This document shows, piece by piece, positions 1 to 21,586 of a DNA stretch of 51,772 nt. Position numbers and translations under genes: made by a program. The notes beneath the pieces were generated by a model. That model searched no databases and was not told where the DNA came from. It saw only the letters and a list, made by a program, of their open reading frames with translations. The first letter of the stretch is position 1. Each line of letters opens with the position of its first letter. The stretch covers positions 1-51,772 of the forward strand of contig NIVC01003795.1 in assembly GCA_002269645.1 (NCBI GenBank), in the 5' to 3' direction. This DNA comes from Macrostomum lignano (Eukaryota).

Positions 1-340
<340 letters not shown>

Positions 341-699
341 TCCACCGCCAATACTCCACCGCAATGCCGAAAATCACAATTGACTTTTTCCATTCTTTTC
401 ATACTGCCGTTCTACAATTCAGTGAAGGTTTTGTAAGGTTTATAATTATAATTAAATTAACTGGCCGGATGCCAGAGCCATCTTTGCTAGATATTGGCTT
501 TTAGATATAATATACTAGCTTTGCAAACATTACAAAGCAGACACTGCATCCCCAAGCAAGATCTTTCACAAGCAATTTTTTTTCACAACGCGTCACGGAA
601 AAACTGCAGCCAAAGCTTTGTGTCTTACGGGGCTCTCACACAGCCAGCGAATCAATTTGTGCTGTGCCCAAACTTGACAGTTTACAAGTTGAAATCCTC

Positions 700-1430
700 A
701 CATCCCATCCCATCCCACCCGATCCCATTCCATCCCGTCACATCCCATCCCATTCCATCCCATCTCATCCCATCCCATTCCACCCATCTCATCCCATCCC
801 ATTCCATTCCATCCATCACATCCCATCCCATCCCATCACATCCCATCCCATCCCATCAAAATCTCACCCGATTCCATTCCATCCCATCATCCCATCCCAT
901 TCCATCCCATCTCATCCCATCCCATTCCATCCATCTCATCCCATCCCATTACCATCCCATCTCATCTCCCATCTCATCCCATCCCATTCCATCCATCACA
1001 TCCCTCCATCAATCCATCCCATCAAAATCTCACCTGATTCCATTCCATCCATCTCATCCCATCCCATTCCATCCATCTCATCCCATCCCATTCCAATCCC
1101 ATCTCATCCCATCCCATCCCATTCCATCCCATCTCATCCCATCCCATTCCATCCCATCTCATCCCATCCCATTCCATCCCATCTCATCCCATCCCATTCC
1201 ATCCCATCTCATCCCATCCATTCCATCCCTATCTCATCCCATCCCATTCCATCCCATCACATCCCATCCCATCCCATCCATCAAAATCTCACCGCGATTC
1301 CATTCCATCCAATCCCATCCCATCCCGTCCCCTCCCATCCTATCCAATGTGATCCCATCCATCCCATCCCATCCGATCTCATTCCACCCGATCTTAATCC
1401 CTTCCCATCCCATCGCATCCAATCCCAACC
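700..1430. repeat. Degenerate (ATCCC/ATTCC/ATCTC)n pentamer satellite
   Basis: Continuous CCCAT-type units. ORFs 494..1564 and 664..1713 are its translations. Confidence 0.95.
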
Positions 1431-1964
1431 CCTCTATCGTTTCATCCGGAAGCTCCCACAAAAGCTACTCATATTTGACACCCGCACGGTTGGACCCCAT
1501 GGTATCGGGGGGGGGGGGGGGAGGGGCATCTCTATACAGAATGTTGGCCTGTTGCAAATATTAGCAAGCCTTGCAGTCAGTCTTTTGTCACTGGCGCAAC
1601 GATCGATTTTTGATTTGCAAGGCAGGTTCTGCAGCAGTCACTGCGCTGCCGATGTTGCAGATGGATATGCGGGAAAATGCCAACTGAAAATTTGCATTCC
1701 TTTGCCACCCTAGCTGTGCAGCTACGAGCCATAATACTCTATTTAGGATTCTGATTGTGCATTTCCCAGACCAGACAATTGCCTAAATAGCAATTTTTCT
1801 GTTGACTTCTGCCTTAAAAATTTTAAAGTGAATAGTTACATTTGTTTGACTGTCTGTTATTGTCCTGAATTGAATGCAGTTCACACAGAAAATGACAGAA
1901 CCTTCCTGCAGTGAGTTGGAAGTTGTTGGAGTCTTTGTACTTTTTAGTGCGAGGTCAAGAGGTT

Positions 1965-2867
1965 ACAGTCTTTGTACTTTAGTGAAAGACCAGAAGATAC
2001 AGTCTTTGCACTTTAGTGAAAGACCAGATGCTACAGTCTTTGTAATTTAGTGAAAGACCAGATGCTACAGTCTTTGTAATTTAGTGAAAGACCAGATGCT
2101 ACAGTCTTTGTAATTTAGTGAAAGACCAGATGCTACAGTCTTTGTAATTTAGTGAAAGACTAGATGCTACAGTCTTTGTAATTTAGTGAAAGACCAGATG
2201 CTACAGTCTTTGTAATTTAGTGAAAGAGCAGAAGCTACAGTCATTGTACTTTAGTGAAAGAGCAGAAGCTACAGTCATTGTACTTTAGTGAAAGAGCAGA
2301 AGCTACAGTCATTGTACTTTAGTGAAAGAGCAGAAGCTACAGTCATTGTACTTTAGTGAAAGAGCAGAAGCTACAGTCATTGTACTTTAGTGAAAGAGCA
2401 GAAGCTACAGTCATTGTACTTTAGTGAAAGAGCAGAAGCTACAGTCATTGTACTTTAGTGAAAGAGCAGAAGCTACAGTCATTGTACTTTAGTGAAAGAG
2501 CAGAAGCTACAGTCTTTGTACTTTAGTGAAAGAGCAGAAGCTACAGTCTTTGTACTTTAGTGAAAGAGCAGAAGCTACAGTCATTGTACTTTAGTGAAAG
2601 AGCAGAAGCTACAGTCATTGTACTTTAGTGAAAGAGCAGAAGCTACAGTCATTGTACTTTAGTGAAAGAGCAGAAGCTACAGTCTTTGTACTTTAGTGAA
2701 AGAGCAGAAGCTACAGTCTTTGTACTTTAGTGAAAGAGCAGAAGCTACAGTCATTGTACTTTAGTGAAAGAGCAGAAGCTACAGTCATTGTACTTTAGTG
2801 AAAGAGCAGAAGCTACAGTCTTTGTACTTTAGTGAAAGAGCAGAAGCTACAGTCTTTGTACTTTAGT
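1965..2867. repeat. 34-bp minisatellite with two sub-variants
   Basis: Unit TTTAGTGAAAGAGCAGAAGCTACAGTCATTGTAC; period 34 (2221 to 2255). The 5' copies carry a GACCAGATGC...GTAAT variant. Confidence 0.97.
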
Positions 2868-3469
2868 TGACCGCCAGCGCAATATTGGTCTCGCTACAGA
2901 ATGGGTCCAAAAAGGTTCCCTTAACCATCACGCAGTTGCTTTGGCTTTTCAGCAAATGGGCTTTTCTGTTCTGAGGAAACAGGTGAAGAAGTCTACCCTA
3001 CAAAGCTAGGGCGCCGCTGCGTGCAAAACAGCGTTCAATCTTAAAAAATTGCAATATGTACAAGACAGCTAACTTTATTATTTTTCGACTACTGACAACA
3101 CAGTAGGGGTCCGCGTGGAAGTTAACTAGCGCGGGGGGCAATAATGATGGATCTGTCTTAGTGGTAAGCCTGTGTACCAAAATTTACAATCTGCCTTAGA
3201 TATCATTTACAAATGGATCGGCACTGCATTTCGAATATAGTCAGTATTAAATGTACTAAACTGTTGAAGGCATTCCCACTGTATTACCTGTGCAGATAAA
3301 GCTGCTGATGGTGAGTGCCTTCAGTGCCTTGGGTTATTGCTGTCTGTGTGGTCCTGGTTTCCGTGTGTATTAGAATTTTACTTTATAGCGAGACTTTCCA
3401 CATTGTATGTCACCCTGTTGCATCTACCACTTCACACCATCAGTCACTCTACTATGTCTGCCACTGGAC

Positions 3470-3870
3470 TGCACCTGTCACTCTTCTGTATCTGTCACTC
3501 TGTCACTCTAATATATCTGTCATTCTTCTGTATCTGTCACTCTTCTGTATCTGACACTCTACTGTATCTGTCACTCTACTGTATCTGTCACTCTACTGTA
3601 TCTGTCACTCTACTGTATCTGTCACTCTACTGTATCTGTCACTCTACTGTATCTGTCACTCTTCTGTATCTGTCACTCTACTGTATCTCTGTCACTCTTC
3701 TGTATCTGTCACTCTACTGTATCTGTCACTCTTCTGTATCTGTCACTCTACTGTATCTCTGTCACTCTTCTGTATCTGTCACTCTTCTGTATCTGTCACT
3801 ACTGTATCTGTCACTCTTCTGTATCTGTCACTCTTCTGTATCTGTCACTCTACTCTATCTGTCACCCTAT
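3470..3870. repeat. 17-bp minisatellite
   Basis: Unit CTGTATCTGTCACTCTA (or ...CTCTT). Confidence 0.95.
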
Positions 3871-4457
3871 ACAGTCCCTACAATGTCTGTCACTCCCGTT
3901 TTCATTATTTTCCTTGTCACCCTGCCTCTCCATTCTTAGCATTCAGGCGTTGCAGAAAAAAGTCTGATCAAATATCGGCGGTAAAATGGACAGGAAAATT
4001 TATTACTTTTTCATCGGCTTCCCCTCTTCTCCAAGCAGAGAGCAGAAAAAATGCAGGAAATCCGGCACCGGAGCGTTAACACCACCCCCCGCGAAGGCCG
4101 GACTGCCTAAAGCCAATGACAGAGGAACCCTGTATATACAGAAGGCAGAGACAGTTTACCACAACTTCCAAGTTGACTTGGATAAGAGGATTTGCGTTCT
4201 GTAGTTGTTCCTACGGCCCGCCGCTTCCCTGAACCAACACGTCGCAAAACCCCTACACTTCAGCCTTTTATTTGCGCTTCACTCGTTTCCTAAAATTTCC
4301 CAAATCAGAGAAAAATTATTTTGCTCGCTTTCAATAATGCAAACACCGGAATAAGATTTTTGCCAGAACCGGATGGCCAGAAACCGCCTGTGCTGCCCCA
4401 GTCTGCAGTTCACTGTCGGCTGACCGCTCAGCAAACACTGCCGGCTTACTGACAATG

Positions 4458-5360
4458 CCTCTCTCCCTTTCCTCTCTCTCCTTTCTCTCTCTCCTCTCTC
4501 TCTCCTTTCTCTCTCTCCTCTCTCTCCTCTCTCCCCTTTCTCTCTCCTCTCTCTCCTCTCTCTCCTTTCTCTCTCTCCTCTCTCTCCTCTCTCTCCTTTC
4601 TCTGTCCTCTCTGTCCTCTCTCTCCTTTCTCTCTCTCCTCTCTCTCTCCTCTCTCTCCTTTCTCTCTCTCTCCTCTCTCTCCTTTCTCTCTCTCTCCTCT
4701 CTCTCCTCTCTCTCCTTTCTCTCTCTCCTCTCTCTCCTTTCTCTCTCTCTCCTCTCTCTCCTCTCTCTCCTTTCTCTCTCTCCTCTCTCTCTCCTTTCTC
4801 TCTCTCCTCTCTCTCTCCTTTCTCTCTCTCCTCTCTCTCCTTTCTCTCTCTCCTTTCTCTCCTCTCTCTCCTTTCTCTCTCTCTCCTCTCTCTCCTTTCT
4901 CTCTCTCCTCTCTCTCCTTTCTCTCTCTCTCCTCTCTCTCCTCTCTCTCCTTTCTCTCTCTCCTCTCTCTCCTTTCTCTCTCTCTCCTCTCTCTCCTCTC
5001 TCTCCTTTCTCTCTCTCTCCTCTCTCTCCTCTCTCTCCTTTCTCTCTCTCTCCTCTCTCTCCTTTCTCTCTCTCTCCTCTCTCCTTTCTCTCTCTCTCTC
5101 TCTCTCCTCTCCTTCCTTTCTCTCTCTCCTCTCTCTCCTTTCTCTCTCTCTCCTCTCTCTCTCTCTCTCCTTTCTCTCTCTCCTCTCCCTCCTTTCTCTC
5201 TCTCTCCTCTCTCTCCTCTCTCTCCTTTCTCTCTCTCCTCTCTCTCCTTTCTTTCCTCTCTCTCCTCTCCCCCCTCTCTCTCCTCCCTATATCCTCTCTC
5301 TCCCCTCTCTCCTGTCTCTCTTTCCTATCCCTTCCTCTTCTATCTCCTCTCTCTCTTCTC
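4458..5360. repeat. CT-rich low-complexity tract
   Basis: TCTCTCTCC/TTTC units. ORF 4455..5387 (L/S-rich) is an artefact. Confidence 0.95.
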
Positions 5361-5799
5361 TTTTCCGTCTCTAATTTCTCAATCTAACTCTGAAATTTCC
5401 TGTCTCAGGCAAATACTCGTATTTCTCAAAGAGATTCAGTCTGAGCAGCCAGACTGTACATGTACTTTAGTAAAGCCCAGAATGTGCAAGCAAACAGTTT
5501 TTGTGGCTATCCTGAACAGCGATGTTTGAGCTCGTGAGAAGATTTCCGAAGCCCCCCCCCCTACCCAGAAACATCGTGCACAATTCGATAATTATCGTGT
5601 AGCACGACGATTAGCCATTTTTAATTGCTCTGTATTAAACGGCGCCTAGGATTTTAAAAAGCTGCGGGTTAAAACGTCTCTGCAAATCTTTTAATTTCCC
5701 AGGTCAGTGTCTGCTTCCCAATTAACTAAAGGAACTATATCAGCTATAGTAACTATAGTAACTAAATTGGTAGTCAGTTGAGATTCAAACGCTTGTTGC

Positions 5800-6330
5800 A
5801 TTGGGTTTGAATAATAACTATATTGGGATTCAAATAGTAACTGTATTGGGATTCGAATGATAACTATGTTTTGGATTCGAATAGTAACTGTATTGGGATT
5901 CGGAGAGTAACTATATTGGGATTCGAATAGCAACTATATTGGGATTCGAATAGAAGCTATATTTGGGATTCGAATAGTAACTGTATTGGGATTCGAATAG
6001 AAACTATATTTGGGATTCGAATAGTAACTATATTGGGATTCGAATAGAAACTATATTTGGAATTCGAATAGTAACTATATTGGGATTCGAATAGTAACTA
6101 TATTGGGATTCGAATAGTAACTATATTGGGATTTGAATAGAAGCTATATTTGGGATTCGAATAGAAACTATATTGGGATTTGAATAGTAACTATATTGGG
6201 ATTTGAGTAGAAGCTATATTTGGGATTCGAATTGTAACTATATTGGGATTCGAATAGAAGCTATATTTGGGATTCGAATAGTAACTATATTGGGATTCGA
6301 ATAGTAACTATATTTGGGATTCGAATAGTA
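5800..6330. repeat. 23-24-bp minisatellite
   Basis: Unit TATTGGGATTCGAATAGTAACTA. Confidence 0.95.
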
Positions 6331-6373
6331 ATAGAATTCACCATTCACCGCAGTCCTATCCCCAACAATCCAG

Positions 6374-6839
6374 AAGCTGAAAGTCCGCCTGTGGTGCCTG
6401 ATGGACCTGCGCGACTTCCCCATGGACTGTCAGATCTGCCGAATCGAACTCGGAGCCTACGGCAGCTCAGTCAGCGAAGTCCGTTTCCACTGGCACCGGG
6501 CCAATGTCACGTTCGAGGATGACGCTCTGCAGATCCCAGAATTCTCGCAGCCTCACGTCTTTGTGCAGAGCTGTACAAAGAGCTTCTCAGTTACTGGAGA
6601 ATTTGCCTGTCTCAGGGTGAGAGACCAGCTTTAGCCTGAAGATTGAGGCTAAGCCTGATATTATAGAGAATTTGTAAGAGTATGAAATTCAGAGTCTTTG
6701 CGAGCCTTTTCGACGCAGCAGCAACAACAGCAAAAACAAAAATGACAACAACAACAACAACAACAACAACAGTAATAATAACATAAAAATTACCAACGAC
6801 AACAAAATCAACAACAACAGCAACAAAATAAACAACATT

Positions 6840-6879
<40 letters not shown>

Positions 6880-6972
6880 ACATCATCAACAACAACAACA
6901 ACAACATCATCATCATCAAACAACAACAACAACAACATCATCATCAACAACAACAACAAAAACAACATCATC

Positions 6973-7004
<32 letters not shown>

Positions 7005-7011
7005 ACACAAA

Positions 7012-7066
<55 letters not shown>

Positions 7067-7153
7067 TCAACAACAACAACAACAACATCATCATCATCAA
7101 ACAACAACAACAACAACATCATCATCAACAACAACAACAAAAACAACATCATC

Positions 7154-7185
<32 letters not shown>

Positions 7186-7192
7186 ACACAAA

Positions 7193-7250
<58 letters not shown>

Positions 7251-9410
7251 TCAACAACAACAAAAACAAAAACAAAGACAACAACAACATCAACATCATC
7301 AACAACAACAAAAACAAAAACAAAGACAACAACAACAACAACCACTGCCACATGCCGTCAAGTTCACTGAGCAGCGTCACAGGTTGCAGCCTCAATGCCT
7401 AAATGGCAAAGGCAGTTGGCGAAACGCCGAACTCGCACTTGTCCTCGCCAGTAAGGCACAGGGTAATGCAAGGCCGCTTTGGTGACTTGCTCATCGTCCC
7501 GGATCAACAGATCTTGAACGCACGGCCAGCCGCGGCCTCGACTTGAGTCCTTGATTGAGTCCACTGCCAGCTCCACCCGTATTAGTACCAGGGGGAGTTG
7601 CTGAGATGCCAAGGGGGAGTTGCTGAGATGCCAAGGGGGAGTTGCTGAGATGCCAATGGGGAGTTGCTGAGATGCCAATGAAGAGTTGCTGAGATGCCAA
7701 TGGGGAGTTGCTGAGATGCCAATAGGGAGTTGCTGAGATGCCAATGGGGAGTTGCTGAGATGCCAATTGGGAGTTGCTGAGATGCCAATGGGGAGTTGCT
7801 GAGATGCCAATAGGGAGTTGCTGAGATGCCAAGGGGGAGTCGCTGAGATGCCAATTGGGAGTTGCTGAGATGCCAAGGGGGAGTTGCTGAGATGCCAATG
7901 GGGAGTTGCTGAGATGCCAATGGGGAGTTGCTGAGATGCCAATTGGGAGTTGCTGAGATGCCAATGGGGAGTTGCTGAGATGCCAAGGGGGAGTTGCTGA
8001 GATGCCAATGGGGAGTTGCTGAGATGCCAAGGGGGAGTTGCTGAGATGCCAATGGGGAGTTGCTGAGATGCCAATGGGGAGTTGCTGAGATGCCAATGGG
8101 GAGTTGCTGAGATGCCAAGGGGGAGTTGCTGAGATGCCAATGGGGAGTTGCTGAGATGCCAATAAAGAGTTGCTGAGATGCCAATTGGGAGTTGCTGAGA
8201 TGCCAATAAAGAGTTGCTGAGATGCCAATGGGGAGTTGCTGAGATGCCAATAGGGAGTTGCTGAGATGCCAATTGGGAGTTGCTGAGATGCCAATGGGGA
8301 GTTGCTGAGATGCCAATGGGGAGTTGCTGAGATGCCAATAGGGAGTTGCTGAGATGCCAAGGGGGAGTTGCTGAGATGCCAATGGGGAGTTGCTGAGATG
8401 CCAATGGGGAGTTGCTGAGATGCCAAGGGGGAGTTGCTGAGATGCCAATTGGGAGTTGCTGAGATGCCAATGAAGAGTTGCTGAGATGCCAATGGGGAGT
8501 TGCTGAGATGCCAATGGGGAGTTGCTGAGATGCCAATGAAGAGTTGCTGAGATGCCAATGAAGAGTTGCTGAGATGCCAATGGGGAGTTGCTGAGATGCC
8601 AATGGGGAGTTGCTGAGATGCCAATTGGGAGTTGCTGAGATGCCAATGAAGAGTTGCTGAGATGCCAATGGGGAGTTGCTGAGATGCCAATAGGGAATTT
8701 CTGAGTTACTATCAATACACAAGGCTTTAAACATGTTAATTAGTTCTTTTTCAAAAAGTTATTCCTTGATCCTAAGGAGGGTCTAATAAGAATCTCTTAC
8801 TAAAGCTACCAGAACCCCACTCACCCGCCGACAGGCTAATGTCAGACTCAGACGGGCCTACGGTTTCTACCTGATGAACACCTATGCCCCATTCACCCTG
8901 ATGGTGTGCATCAGCTGGATCAGCTTCTGGATCGACGTCCGGGCTACTCCTGCCCGGGTCACCATCGCTTTCCTGACAGTGCTGGCTGTGGTGACGCAGA
9001 ACGCCGGCACCCAGATGACGGGGATGCCCAGGGTGAGCTACGTGAAGGCTATCGACCTGTTCATGATGGCCAGCCTCATGTTCGTCATCGCCGCGCTCAT
9101 GGAATTCGCCGCTGCCAGCTTCCTCACTCGGCAGCACGAGAAAGAGCTCGGCGAGCAGCCGTCGCGACGTCGAAGGCGCTCCTGCGCGCACGGCCGGCTG
9201 CCGCCTGCGGCTGGCAGTCCGAACGGCCTGGAGGACATGCTGATGTCCGAGGAGCGGACCAGGAAGATGCGCAGCTGGTGCTACAGAAATCCAAGGGTGA
9301 ATAAGTTGGACTATTGCAGCAGGTTCCTGTTCCCACTGGCTTACCTGGTGTTCCAGGCTGCCTATTGGTCTTATTATCTGCGGGACAGGGACAACTGCGG
9401 CCCCAGCTGA
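6374..9410 (+). CDS. Cys-loop ligand-gated anion channel subunit (glycine receptor/GluCl-like); last two coding exons, 5' exons not located
   Basis: Exons ~6374-6616 (CAG|AAG; AGG|GTGAGA) and 8835-9410 (CAG|GCT) join in phase 0. The product has the Cys-loop CLMDLRDFPMDCQIC, a second Cys pair CTKSFSVTGEFAC, M1 YLMNTYAPFTLMVCISWISFW, PAR-M2, PRVSYVKAID-M3 and an M4 SRFLFPLAYLVFQAAYWSYY. The 5' acceptor could instead be 6354. Confidence 0.93.
6720..7345. repeat. (CAA/CAT)n trinucleotide tract in channel intron
   Basis: Poly-CAA with CAT interruptions. The minus-strand poly-L/V ORFs are artefacts. Confidence 0.97.
7590..8700. repeat. 22-bp minisatellite (~50 copies) in channel intron
   Basis: Unit GGGGAGTTGCTGAGATGCCAAT. 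It gives a 22-aa periodic ORF in all three minus frames. Confidence 0.98.
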
Positions 9411-9418
9411 CTGCTGCT

Positions 9419-9845
9419 GGGTGAGATTCCTGCTTGAATATCAGAGTAGACCGGGTGAGATTCCAGCTTGAATATCAGAGTAGACCGGGTGAGATTCCTG
9501 CTTGAATATCAGAGTAGACCGGGTGAGATTCCACCCTGACAGTCAGAGTAGACCGGGTGAGATTCCAGCTTGAATATCAGAGTAGACTAGGTGAGATTCC
9601 AGCCTGAATATCAGAGTAGACCAGGTGAGATTCCTGCTTGAATATCAGAGTAGACCAGGTGAGATTCCAGCTTGAATATCAGAGTAGACCGGGTGAGATT
9701 CCAGCTTGAATATCAGAGTAGACCGGGTGAGATTCCAGCTTGAATATCAGAGTAGACCGGGTGAGATTCCAGCTTGAATATCAGAGTAGACCAGGTGAGA
9801 TTCCAGCCTGACAGTCAGAGTAGACCAGGTGAGATTCCAGCCTGC
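9419..9845. repeat. 34-bp minisatellite just after channel stop codon
   Basis: Unit GGGTGAGATTCCAGCTTGAATATCAGAGTAGACC. Confidence 0.96.
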
Positions 9846-11230
9846 CAATCAAAATCTAAAGAGTGAATGGCTAAAAACTTGTCAGGAATAACAACAGCCA
9901 CTATTGTTTCTCATATTGATGACGCTTGAGAACATTCAGGTAAAATTAATTGTCCAACTCAATTGAGCTCCATTGTCAGCTGATGCAGCTTTGTGCATAA
10001 CTTTTTAAAGGCGCCTTGTCAATTGTTCGTTTGCCCTGATCTGAGTTAAGGAGCTTAAAAGTGCACCAATATGTTAACAAATTTATTTGCAACCGTAAAA
10101 GTTAAAAGCTCCACATTACGAGTAACATTGAAAAGAATTAAACTTTGCGTTTTTTTCAAATATTACTGCTATGCATATCACCATGTACATGTTCTTGTGA
10201 CACTTACTACATGCACATAATTCATGCAATAACTTAAACATGTTCGTGCTCTATTTTTGCTGCTTTTGCAATTCAATTTGAGTTTCTACAAGAATTAGTT
10301 CTTAAATATTCCAATTCTATGATTTATATTAATTTTATTTTAATTAAAACTTTGCCGTCACAATCAACCTGATTATTTGTGTACACAGTGTACAGCCTTG
10401 ATGGGAACTGAAAGTTGAGCTTGAACTTTCTTTTACAATGAAATTTGCTACTCATGCAATACATTTTGTTCGTTATATTCAGAAAATACAATACATAATA
10501 CCTGCCAACAAGATGACCTGCCCGTGAAATCTGCTAATGTAATGGAATCTACCATTAAATCTACCTTAAAATCTGCCAGCGGAAACACTGGATGCCTAAA
10601 CCTACCTACAAGCTGATAACAGCCAATCTTTCAAGTTCGCTTCTTTCTCAATTGTGTTAGATCAGCTCAAAATATTTACATGTAACGCTTTCTAAACTTG
10701 AATAAACTTCTCAAATTTGCTTTATTCCATGAGATTGCACCAGCCGAGGCAACCTACTCAGCAACACGCCACCCCCATATAGCATTCGTCTCTGCATTCT
10801 TCTGCACTGCACACTCGCTGCAGTACAGCAGACTTCTATTTGGCTCGGGGCAAAGAGACTGAGTACTCGGACAAATTTGCTATAAACTAACTTCGGGGTG
10901 GGGCGACAGTTTACTCAGTGTAGTCTACGAGTAGAAAACATAAGAGAGCAGAAGACAAACATTGTGATGAGAATTAATAATGGCACAGTTGCTGCCCACC
11001 TGTGCCCTGCTTCTCTTTTCTGTACACCTGACAAAATTCTGCTGTTGGCTTTTATTCTTCATAAACATACGAACTGCGAACTTCAAAAAACTGTCTCCTA
11101 ATTTAGGGGAGAAGTTCTGTGTGCGGGTGCGTGTTATAAATTCCAACAACACATGCGGAATGCACTGGATGCGATCGACTTATTTTTAATAGGCCAGACT
11201 TTTTAGGCATCGTCAATTACATGTAACGTC

Positions 11231-20273
<9,043 letters not shown>

Positions 20274-20848
20274 AAATTTCGATTGTTTTACAATTCAACT
20301 GGGAGTTGCACCCTTAGTCTTAGTCTCTGCCTACATGCACATATAAAACTGTTTCAGAATATCTTTTCATATTCTGAAAATATAATAATACCTTTCAGAA
20401 TAAGGTATTATTAATTTATAATCTACGAGTATATAAAGAATAAAGTTGACTAACTAGTGTACGGATGGTGTTTCCTGCGAACCCAGGAGAAGGCACGGGC
20501 TTCCCTGATTGGTTCACTCAACCCTCTCTAGCCCCGGGGAGGTTTTGATTTGAGCTTGGAGTAGGTGCGACGCCTCGACGGTAGGGGGTAGGGCCCGCCC
20601 TTTGCCCGACTGGTGTCGCCTGTTCGGCTTGTTGGCCACAGTTTCTCTTAGCCTAGCTTAGGAACCTAGTGTACATTAGTACACTCCCAACCTGGAACCT
20701 AATTCATTACTAGTGGCGTAAGAGCCTTTTCAGTGGCTGAGGTGCCTTTTTACTTATTTTAGTTAGTTAGTTCTCACCAGAGTCTTGAGCTCTGGTCCCA
20801 ATAGTGGCCTCTCGGGCTATATGCCCCTGGCAGTATGGCCCAATCAGA

Positions 20849-20888
20849 TCCCTGCGGTAGAGCCCCCTTTCGGGCTCTACCGCAGGGA
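20849..20888. other. Perfect 17-bp stem, 6-nt loop hairpin
   Basis: TCCCTGCGGTAGAGCCC-CCTTTC-GGGCTCTACCGCAGGGA; the arms are exact reverse complements. Confidence 0.95.
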
Positions 20889-21586
20889 CGTTCGCACGAC
20901 GAAGTTCGTGGTGTTTTAATTTTAAAGCTTCTTTTTCTCGATCTGAAAACTTTCGGAAAAATGCTTACGACATGACCGTTGCACCAAAAGTATTAAATTT
21001 TTCTTTTTTAATGACGTAAAATGTATACAGAGGTTGATAAAAACCGTAGGATTTTCCGGCTTAGAAGAATTGTAAAATAGAGTTTTTAAAGGACCTAGTA
21101 TTCTGATTCACTTAAAATTAGCAATAGTACTGAAATTGTATCAATTAGCATGTATATACATATATAATATAGCTATGTATGAAACTATAGCAGTTAGATG
21201 TTAAGCTGAAGATCGTTTACAGTTTTTTAATAATAATTTAATACGAGATGAAAGTACCTAATTTATTATTTCAATTTAAGAAGAGTGATTTAGTTTCTAT
21301 CGTTAATTTTATTTTTTATTGCTGCTTTTCCAGCTGAAGAAACGACAAAGATTATTTTCAATAGTTTAGACATTTGTTAAAATTTAAACTTCTAGAGCGC
21401 GCCACGCGGTTTAAAAACAAGAAGACTTAACGTGCAGCTGCTAATTAAATTTATTTGTAAAAAACGTTGATTCTCATTTTAAAAAGACGGGTGTAAAGTC
21501 AATTTTTTATTGCAATATTTGTCCTGTTTCATCAAGAAAGGGAGTCTAAATCAAAACCGGTATTTGAAACAGTTCCTTGTTTCAAA

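Noticed and set aside
6612-8734. Minus-strand poly-L/V ORFs and 22-aa periodic ORFs
   Set aside because: They are stop-free frames of the CAA tract and the 22-bp array inside a well-supported channel intron.
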